UHGV virus genome: UHGV-1377823
DNA length: 44,002 bases
Strand: one strand, 5' to 3'
Origin: a virus
Positions 35,363 through 41,811 of this stretch are shown here, piece by piece; the first letter of the stretch is position 1, and every line of letters starts with the position of its first letter. Below the pieces are notes generated by a model. That model saw nothing but the letters and a program-made list of their open reading frames with translations. It did not search any database and had not been told where the DNA came from. A program made the translations under genes and the position numbers.

Positions 35363-35469
35363 TGTTCTGGCTAACGTTCTCCCTGGTCATGGCAGCTATA
35401 GTGCTACTGCCTTATATCTGCGACGGCATAGCGCGGTTGATTCTGTGCTTGCTGGAGCTGTTCCGATAA
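35362..35469 (+). CDS. small hydrophobic membrane peptide (35 aa)
   Basis: MFWLTFSLVMAAIVLLPYICDGIARLILCLLELFR; ATG overlaps the upstream TAA. Confidence 0.3.
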   Translation: MFWLTFSLVMAAIVLLPYICDGIARLILCLLELFR

Positions 35470-35499
35470 CTAAGAACATACAACATGAGGTCGAAGAGA

Positions 35500-35658
35500 A
35501 TGCGTATTCAAGTACACCTTAAAGAATCAGAACTGGCAGAAATGGAGATGACAAAAGAAGAGCTTCGCCAATCTATTATTGCTGATTTGGATAACAGTGA
35601 TGTGGATGGCGAATATGTTGGCTTTACCGTGACTGTGTATGTTACGGAGGGCATTTAA
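35500..35658 (+). CDS. small acidic protein (52 aa), locally AT-rich
   Basis: MRIQVHLKESELAEMEMTKEELRQSIIADLDNSDVDGEYVGFTVTVYVTEGI. An alternative start is ATG 35485. Confidence 0.4.
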   Translation: MRIQVHLKESELAEMEMTKEELRQSIIADLDNSDVDGEYVGFTVTVYVTEGI

Positions 35659-35775
35659 ATGACTATCCAGAGCATCGCATTCCAGTACATGCAGTACCTA
35701 CTCGCTAACGGCTTCAGCGCTGAGTCAGCCTGGGGCCGGGCAATGAAACTTATTGAAGAAGGGGGCAAGAAATGA
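35659..35775 (+). CDS. small hypothetical protein (38 aa)
   Basis: ATG abuts the upstream TAA, and its stop overlaps the next ATG (ATGA). Confidence 0.3.
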   Translation: MTIQSIAFQYMQYLLANGFSAESAWGRAMKLIEEGGKK

Positions 35776-35999
35776 TTAAAGGTCAGCAGATTCGTTACTT
35801 AGGCCGCAAAGGCCGCGCGGTTTTAGACTTAACGGTTGGGCGTGAATACACAGTTACAGCCGGGGCAGGTGATATAGATAGCGCTTGTGGTGGTCTGGTT
35901 GGGGATTACGGCTGTAACATCATAAACGACGTAGGGGATGTGCTGTATGTAACCTTCAGCGGCACATCCCTCTGGGGTGATTGGGAGATTGTATCATGA
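35772..35999 (+). CDS. hypothetical early protein (75 aa)
   Basis: ATG ORF; Gly-rich. Confidence 0.5.
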   Translation: MIKGQQIRYLGRKGRAVLDLTVGREYTVTAGAGDIDSACGGLVGDYGCNIINDVGDVLYVTFSGTSLWGDWEIVS

Positions 36000-36175
36000 C
36001 AGCACAGAATCCAGAGGTTATCCTGATTAAGCAGGAGCAGCCAACTATCGAGGGCTTAGCGCGGGAGCGCGCAGCTAAGCAAGGACTTAAGCATTACTAC
36101 CAGGTACGGGCACGCCAGCTAGGGCTGAGCCTGCGCACGTACTGCGAGCGCTTTAATGTTAAGGGGGTTGTATGA
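35996..36175 (+). CDS. hypothetical early protein (59 aa)
   Basis: ATG 35996 overlaps the upstream TGA (ATGA). Confidence 0.45.
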   Translation: MTAQNPEVILIKQEQPTIEGLARERAAKQGLKHYYQVRARQLGLSLRTYCERFNVKGVV

Positions 36176-36504
36176 GCAACATCGACAAACGCGCATTACG
36201 TGAAGCGGCAGAGAAGGCTATCTCAGAGGAAGGAGAGACTTGGTGGAGTGAAGAGCAACTGGCTAGCGACTATGGTCTTGCGTTGCATAAGGCAGACGCC
36301 AAGTTCATCGCCGCAGCCAATCCCGCCACTGTGCTGGCGCTGCTGGATGAGCTGGAATCCGCAGAGAAGCGGATTGCTGAGCAGCGGGAAACCTTGCTTG
36401 CAGCACGCAGTCACGTAATGCACTGTGCGCACCTTGGTGATGCCCATGCAAGCGGTGTGCTTCAGGCTATCGACCGCGCCGCAGTCGCTAAAGGGGTTAT
36501 CTAA
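36172..36504 (+). CDS. Ead/Ea22-like protein
   Basis: AANPATVLALLDELESAEKRIAEQRE matches the conserved core of the Ead/Ea22-like phage early-protein family. The assignment is from memory, not from a search. Confidence 0.6.
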   Translation: MSNIDKRALREAAEKAISEEGETWWSEEQLASDYGLALHKADAKFIAAANPATVLALLDELESAEKRIAEQRETLLAARSHVMHCAHLGDAHASGVLQAIDRAAVAKGVI

Positions 36505-36830
36505 TGCTCACCCCCGCTGAGACCGCCGCGCTGTACTGGGATATGCTCGAGCAACAGCGCAGTATGGGCCTGAAGTCCCTGCGGGATATCCCGGTGCAGC
36601 TACGGAAGCTAGCGCCCTTGCAGTGGAGAACAGGCTTCGAGTACCGCGAGGGGCTGCGCTTACTGCAAGGCTGGTACGCATATAGCCCTGAGATCGCACA
36701 GGAAGCCCTAGGAGAGCTTAAGTTCGACGTGGTAGGGCAACTACAGCGCTTAGGGTACAAAGGCGCTCAGAGAGCGTTCTACGCAGCCGTACAAGACTAT
36801 TACGATTGGAGAGTGAGTTATGCAGCTTAA
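36504..36830 (+). CDS. hypothetical early protein (108 aa)
   Basis: ATG overlaps the upstream stop; Trp/Tyr-rich. Confidence 0.5.
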   Translation: MLTPAETAALYWDMLEQQRSMGLKSLRDIPVQLRKLAPLQWRTGFEYREGLRLLQGWYAYSPEIAQEALGELKFDVVGQLQRLGYKGAQRAFYAAVQDYYDWRVSYAA

Positions 36831-37008
36831 AGAGACAGACATTTGTTGGCCAGTTAAATTAGAGGTGGATACGTACGGGGGCACAACCTTGGATTTGGTT
36901 GAGGTTGACGACGCGTTCAGAGTCGCCCTGGACCGTGAACAAGCACAGCAGCTACTGCCAATCCTGGAGCATTTCATTAAGACGGGGGAATTACCTGATG
37001 CAAGTTAA
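36820..37008 (+). CDS. small acidic protein (62 aa)
   Basis: ATG ORF with a high Asp/Glu content, a candidate DNA mimic. Confidence 0.45.
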   Translation: MQLKETDICWPVKLEVDTYGGTTLDLVEVDDAFRVALDREQAQQLLPILEHFIKTGELPDAS

Positions 37009-37267
37009 CGCTGAGACGTTGCAAAAGCGTATTAAGAGCCTGCAAGTGCGGGGTAATGCTGAGTATGCCCTGCCTCTGACTCTTAACGAGGAGTATCAGC
37101 TAGAGGCTTACAAGATGCTGCTGGGGTACTTGGTAAAGGAACCCTCTGTCTTTATGGGCGTGTTCCATGACGGGCGCGGTGTTGCTTACTATCACACTGC
37201 AAAAGCAGCGGTTAAGGACGGGGTATATGAGGTTGTACCTTTGTATGAGGACGCCTTAATTGACTAA
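36998..37267 (+). CDS. hypothetical early protein (89 aa)
   Basis: ATG 36998 with a GGGGGAA SD 7 nt upstream. The track start at 36899 sits in an overlap region. Confidence 0.5.
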   Translation: MQVNAETLQKRIKSLQVRGNAEYALPLTLNEEYQLEAYKMLLGYLVKEPSVFMGVFHDGRGVAYYHTAKAAVKDGVYEVVPLYEDALID

Positions 37268-37499
37268 GCAAACACAGCACAGACTGGACATCCAGGTAAT
37301 GCCGCCCCTAGGGCCGCTGGGCAAGAGTATCTACAAGCTCCAGCAAGCCTGGGGGCCTGAGGATAACCCAAATGTAGACACAGTGTGGCTCACAAGCTAC
37401 GATGTAGAAGCACTTTGGGAATTATATCAACGTGAACAAGCTCTGGCTGCTGCTAGCGCTGCCAATGCTGGCTGTTTCAACACTAAATATGAGGGGTAG
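37260..37499 (+). CDS. hypothetical early protein
   Basis: TTG 37260 or ATG 37299. Confidence 0.4.
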   Translation: MTKQTQHRLDIQVMPPLGPLGKSIYKLQQAWGPEDNPNVDTVWLTSYDVEALWELYQREQALAAASAANAGCFNTKYEG

Positions 37500-37502
37500 G
37501 GT

Positions 37503-37979
37503 ATGACTAAGTTTAAAGTTGGTGATATGGTTGTTGGTAATCAAGGTGACGAGCTGAATGATGTTGAGGAGGGACAACTGTACACTGTACTGGAAGTGGA
37601 TGAATTACTTGATGGGTGCTTCTTAAAAGTAGACAACGATAAAAGGTGCTGGGTATGCTCTTGGCGCTTTGACCTGTATAAGGCAGTCCCTTACCAAGAA
37701 GCGCAAGATGACCCGCTCCCGCCAGCGCCGGAGAGTGTACGATACTACACAGTGCCAAGTAAGACACAATACTTAGACATTCTCACTAATGAGTTTGGTG
37801 AGGTTGAGATACGTTCAATACTCCCAGATTTCGCCAGTTACAACTACCTTACACCCGACGCAGCCTTGCAGCTAGCGCATGACCTGAACAGAATGGCTAA
37901 CGAAATCAAGCGTAAGGAGACGCAGCAGGAGCGTAAGACTACGCTAAGCCCCGCCATTGTACACCTTTACGGAGAGTAA
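37503..37979 (+). CDS. hypothetical protein (158 aa)
   Basis: ATG with a GAGGGG SD. The N-terminal KVGDMVVG..G.LYTV is SH3/KOW-like. Confidence 0.55.
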   Translation: MTKFKVGDMVVGNQGDELNDVEEGQLYTVLEVDELLDGCFLKVDNDKRCWVCSWRFDLYKAVPYQEAQDDPLPPAPESVRYYTVPSKTQYLDILTNEFGEVEIRSILPDFASYNYLTPDAALQLAHDLNRMANEIKRKETQQERKTTLSPAIVHLYGE

Positions 37980-37981
37980 CT

Positions 37982-38821
37982 ATGGATGCCCCCTGGCTAC
38001 AAGCATGTAAGCGCCTGGCTGTGGGGCAAACTGCCAGGTTCAGATGCTGCGGTAGAACTCCTGCTGCCGTGCTTTTTAATAAACCCGATACGTGGCAGAT
38101 GTATTGTCACAGGTGTCACACGTCGCTCAGTGAGCGCAAACAATACGTATCCCTGGTGCAGCCGGAAGTGCTGCCTAGGGTGCTGCCTGCGCCTGCACAG
38201 CTAATACAGATTCACCAGACGAGCGCTGAATTGCAGGCACAGCTTTACGGATTCTTAGTATCTAAGGGCATCATGCCAGAGATGGCTGGTGCAGTTTACT
38301 ATTCAGAGCAACTAAAGAGGTTAGTATGGGATTTACAGAATGGGACTTACCTGGCGAGAGCGCTGCATCAGTATCAACAACCAAAGTGGGTAATGCTGGG
38401 GCAGCCCGCTCAGTATGCTATGGTACAGACCCCCTGGCTGAGCACGCCCAAGACTACGCAGAGCTTGAGCGAATCTTCTGCGCAGTCTACGCAGACAGCG
38501 TCGAGCGCCGTAGTACTGACCGAGGACTGGTTGAGCGCCCTAAAAGTCTCCTGGGTAGCTGGGAAATACTCTTCGGAACCAGTTACGGCGGTAGCCTTAC
38601 TTGGGACCAGGTTGTCGCTGCCTCTAAAAGCGAAGCTGATTCAGCTTGGTAAGTCAGTGCTGCTGATGCTGGACGGAGACAGCGCCGGGTACACCGGGCG
38701 GGACACTATACAGCGCACCTTGAAACCGTTCTTGCAGACACGCAGTTACACAATCGACGGGTTAGACCCGAAGGACATGACCTGCCAACAAATCCTGGAG
38801 GGTTTAAATTGGATTACTTAA
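37982..38821 (+). CDS. DNA primase (zinc-ribbon + TOPRIM)
   Basis: N-terminal zinc-binding CC....C..C.H cluster and a TOPRIM DxD motif, MLDGDSAGYTGRD. Encoded separately from the helicase, as in phiKMV. Confidence 0.85.
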   Translation: MDAPWLQACKRLAVGQTARFRCCGRTPAAVLFNKPDTWQMYCHRCHTSLSERKQYVSLVQPEVLPRVLPAPAQLIQIHQTSAELQAQLYGFLVSKGIMPEMAGAVYYSEQLKRLVWDLQNGTYLARALHQYQQPKWVMLGQPAQYAMVQTPWLSTPKTTQSLSESSAQSTQTASSAVVLTEDWLSALKVSWVAGKYSSEPVTAVALLGTRLSLPLKAKLIQLGKSVLLMLDGDSAGYTGRDTIQRTLKPFLQTRSYTIDGLDPKDMTCQQILEGLNWIT

Positions 38822-40080
38822 TCTGCCGCGCTATGTGTGAGCGCAAGGTCTATGACAGGCTGCACGACCAGATACCAAAATCCATGCTTGCGCCCGATAC
38901 TGTAGCTCTTCTGGGTTGGATTCAACTCTACTATGCAACCTACACTGACAGCAACGCTGTGCAGTGGGACGCTATGCAGACGCTCCTTGGGATGCGCGGG
39001 CAGCATCTACAGAAAGAGCAAATGGATATCCTGAAGCACATGCTCAAGCAGGTGCAGCAGGTTCCTGAAGAAGCAGTAGCCGGGGTAGTGCGTACTCTGA
39101 ATGAGATGGCCTACTCCGGCGAGATGGCGTCGCTGGTGCAGCAGTACCAGGACGGTGCAGAGATAGACTTTATCGCAGAGGCCAAGCAGTTAGAGCGCAA
39201 GTACAGCAGCGTAGCGACAGCGCAGGACTCTTTACTTAACTGGGAAGATGGGGGTGTAGATGATATACTTGCAGCGACTGACGAAAGTGGTGGCCTTAAG
39301 CTTAATGTGTTTCCCGAGCTTGCTGATAATGTTCGTGGCTTACGTGGGGGTGATTGTGTCGCTGTTGCTGCCCCTGTCGATGCAGGAAAGACTAGCTTGC
39401 TGGCTGCAACGGTTGTGGGACTTACCGAACAACTTGTTAATCAAGATGCTTACGCAGATAGACCGGTTCTATGGCTCGTGAACGAATCCCTGGCAAAGCG
39501 TACTGTACCGCGCATCTACCAGGCAGCTACCGGGCTGACCCTGCATGAGATTGTAGAGCAGCACAAGCAAGGTAAGTTCGCAGAGAAGTACCTGGCTAAG
39601 GTGGGCAGCTGGGACCGCATCAGAGTTAAGGATGCGCACAGCATCACTATGCCTCAGATAGCTACGCTAATGGAGGAGATGCGCCCGGCTGTGCTGGTTG
39701 TGGATATGGTTTCAAATATACGGGGCGGCACTCTGGAGTCTGAGCATCAGAACCTGGAAGCCAAGTGGCAGGAGCTGCGCGTGCTGGGCTGTGAGTACGA
39801 TTGCATCATCATTGGCACCATGCAGCTATCAGTCGAGGGTTATGATATGCTGTACCCGCCGCTGACAGCGATGAAGCAGAGCAAGATCGGTGTACAGGGG
39901 GCGCTGGACCTGTGCATTATGATGGGCAGGTTAGACCCTAGCACAAGGCCGGACATGCTGAACATCCGGGGGATATCCACCCCGAAATGTAAGTTGGCTA
40001 AATCCGGCAGTCCTAGTTATTTGCAATTTCAAGTGGAGTTTGACGGTGGTAGATGTCAATTTAATGCAGGCCTTGTATAA
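38809..40080 (+). CDS. replicative DNA helicase (DnaB/gp4 helicase-domain family)
   Basis: Walker A motif AAPVDAGKTSL and a RecA-like core. TTG 38809 has a GGAGGG SD 7 nt upstream; ATG 38833 is an alternative start. Confidence 0.88.
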   Translation: MDYLICRAMCERKVYDRLHDQIPKSMLAPDTVALLGWIQLYYATYTDSNAVQWDAMQTLLGMRGQHLQKEQMDILKHMLKQVQQVPEEAVAGVVRTLNEMAYSGEMASLVQQYQDGAEIDFIAEAKQLERKYSSVATAQDSLLNWEDGGVDDILAATDESGGLKLNVFPELADNVRGLRGGDCVAVAAPVDAGKTSLLAATVVGLTEQLVNQDAYADRPVLWLVNESLAKRTVPRIYQAATGLTLHEIVEQHKQGKFAEKYLAKVGSWDRIRVKDAHSITMPQIATLMEEMRPAVLVVDMVSNIRGGTLESEHQNLEAKWQELRVLGCEYDCIIIGTMQLSVEGYDMLYPPLTAMKQSKIGVQGALDLCIMMGRLDPSTRPDMLNIRGISTPKCKLAKSGSPSYLQFQVEFDGGRCQFNAGLV

Positions 40081-40534
40081 CGGTTACACAGTCCGCTCGG
40101 ATGGTGTAGTCCTGAACCCGAAGGGGAAACAGGTGGGGTGGCAGCGTGATGATGGTTATGTGTTTGTGTTCATCAAGAAAGAACGCTGGCGTTTGCATAG
40201 GCTTATGTGGCACACGCTAGTGCAGCCGTTGGAGGAGGATACCGTAATCGACCACGCGGACGGCAACCCCGCTAACAACAATCTCAGTAACCTGCGGGCG
40301 TGCTCTCGCAGTGAGAATCAATACAATCGTAGGGCCAAGAAGGGTAACACTGCGGGAGGTTTAAAGGGTGTATACCGCAGGGATACCAAGAGCGGCCCGC
40401 GTTACGTAGCAAGCTACACAAATAAAGGGGCGGTGATTTATATCGGCACATACCGCACCCCAGAGGAAGCTCATGCGGCGTACCGCTCAGCAACGGCGGC
40501 TATGCACGGGGAGTTCTCAGATTTAAATAGGTAA
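40064..40534 (+). CDS. HNH homing endonuclease (HNH_3 + AP2-like)
   Basis: IDHADGNPANNNLSNLRACSRSENQYN is an HNH_3 motif. It is a paralogue of the HNH at 31291-31740. Its start overlaps the helicase 3' end. Confidence 0.8.
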   Translation: MQALYNGYTVRSDGVVLNPKGKQVGWQRDDGYVFVFIKKERWRLHRLMWHTLVQPLEEDTVIDHADGNPANNNLSNLRACSRSENQYNRRAKKGNTAGGLKGVYRRDTKSGPRYVASYTNKGAVIYIGTYRTPEEAHAAYRSATAAMHGEFSDLNR

Positions 40535-40541
40535 CTACTAA

Positions 40542-40578
40542 GCCAGCTTCCAGCAGAGGCTGGCGTGTTGGTTGTCTC
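40542..40578 (+). terminator. possible intrinsic terminator / hairpin
   Basis: GCCAGC-11nt-GCTGGC stem followed by the U-rich stretch GTGTTGGTTGTCT. Confidence 0.3.
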
Positions 40579-40613
40579 AATTATCCCCTATTATATAGAG
40601 TGTGGAGGTTAGT

Positions 40614-40850
40614 GTGAATATAACTAAACAGCGGTTGCGTGTAGCTTATAACCCAAAGCATAAATACTTCAAGCCTTGGGAAGTGTGGTGTGAGCAGGGT
40701 TACTGCATCCCGGATAGCGGGGACCCTCAGTATGCTCTGGATTATTATGGTGAGCACAGCTTTGTGGTGGATGCTTTCGCAACCAAGCAAGGCGCACAGA
40801 ACCTGATTAGCATGCTCGGGGATTCTATGGTGATTAAAAATGCTAACTAA
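40614..40850 (+). CDS. hypothetical protein (78 aa)
   Basis: GTG 40614 with a GGAGG SD 5 nt upstream. The track's start at GTG 40602 is an alternative. Confidence 0.45.
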   Translation: MNITKQRLRVAYNPKHKYFKPWEVWCEQGYCIPDSGDPQYALDYYGEHSFVVDAFATKQGAQNLISMLGDSMVIKNAN

Positions 40851-40995
40851 AGACGACGTTACGGACCGGGACTACGAGGTCATCAAGGCCTACGCTGCAT
40901 CTGCACGTACTTCCAGTAAAAGCTACGCGCTTGAGTCAAGCCAGCTCATAGTGCATCTAGCAATTAACAAGGCTCGGAGGGCTAAGTGGAAATGA
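40840..40995 (+). CDS. small hypothetical protein (51 aa)
   Basis: ATG ORF MLTKDDVTDRDYEVIKAYAASARTSSKSYALESSQLIVHLAINKARRAKWK filling the 40850-40986 gap. Its stop overlaps the downstream ATG (ATGA). Confidence 0.35.
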   Translation: MLTKDDVTDRDYEVIKAYAASARTSSKSYALESSQLIVHLAINKARRAKWK

Positions 40996-41348
40996 AAGCT
41001 AAGCACATCAAGATTAATGTGCCTATCTATGGTACTGAGGTATTTGTAACCTCTGAGACAGACGAGTGCACTAGGCTGGCTAAGAAGCATTGCGGCATAG
41101 AGATGGACCCCGAGGATTACTATGCTAATGGTATGGTTGTGTATGCACACGATACGCAGATAGTCTGGCTGCCTGAGCAGGCCGGGTTGCGTACGATAGC
41201 CCATGAGTGTACGCACGTAGCAATGAATATGTGCCGTTACAAGGGGTTAGTAATCGACACCAAGAATCAAGAGCCGTTCACCTACCTAATGGGTTATCTG
41301 GTGTACGAAGTAAACAAGGCGCATACGAGGCTAAACAATGACGACTAG
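40986..41348 (+). CDS. small putative zinc-metallopeptidase-like protein (HExxH)
   Basis: Contains IAHECTHVAMNM, an HExxH motif, in a ~120-aa protein. A GGAGGG SD lies 5 nt before GTG 40986; ATG 40992 is an alternative start. Confidence 0.45.
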   Translation: MEMKAKHIKINVPIYGTEVFVTSETDECTRLAKKHCGIEMDPEDYYANGMVVYAHDTQIVWLPEQAGLRTIAHECTHVAMNMCRYKGLVIDTKNQEPFTYLMGYLVYEVNKAHTRLNNDD

Positions 41349-41811
41349 CATAATGCACATCGACTGTATTGACCACGGGCGGGAGACTAGCCTTTCCCCG
41401 GAGGGGTACTTGCTGGTGTGTAGACCTGAGTATCGTAAACGCAAAGCTAAAACCTCTAGCATTAGCAAGCACCGTCTAATCCTGCTGGATAAACTAGGTT
41501 TAAACTGGTGGGATGAGCGGGCCTCTGAAATAGTGGCCCGCCATACTTGTGATAATCCACGTTGTATTAACCCGGACCACTTAGTACCTGGCACCCGAGC
41601 AGATAACAATAAGGACCGTGCAGAGCGTGGGCGTAGTGCTAAGCGTGTACCTAGCCGCCAACGTCTGACCCTTAAAGACTGTGAGGATATCTGCGCCAAG
41701 CATCTACCGAGGGTTTACGGCGTTACCCACCTAGCCCGTGAGTATGGTGTGGATACAAACGTCATATACAAGGTCTTAAGAGGAGAGTACCCTTGTCAAC
41801 TACCAGTATAA
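41338..41811 (+). CDS. HNH homing endonuclease
   Basis: HTCDNPRCINPDHLVPGTRADNN; a paralogue of the HNH at 4920-5360. Its stop overlaps the DNA polymerase start (TAATG). Confidence 0.8.
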   Translation: MTTSIMHIDCIDHGRETSLSPEGYLLVCRPEYRKRKAKTSSISKHRLILLDKLGLNWWDERASEIVARHTCDNPRCINPDHLVPGTRADNNKDRAERGRSAKRVPSRQRLTLKDCEDICAKHLPRVYGVTHLAREYGVDTNVIYKVLRGEYPCQLPV

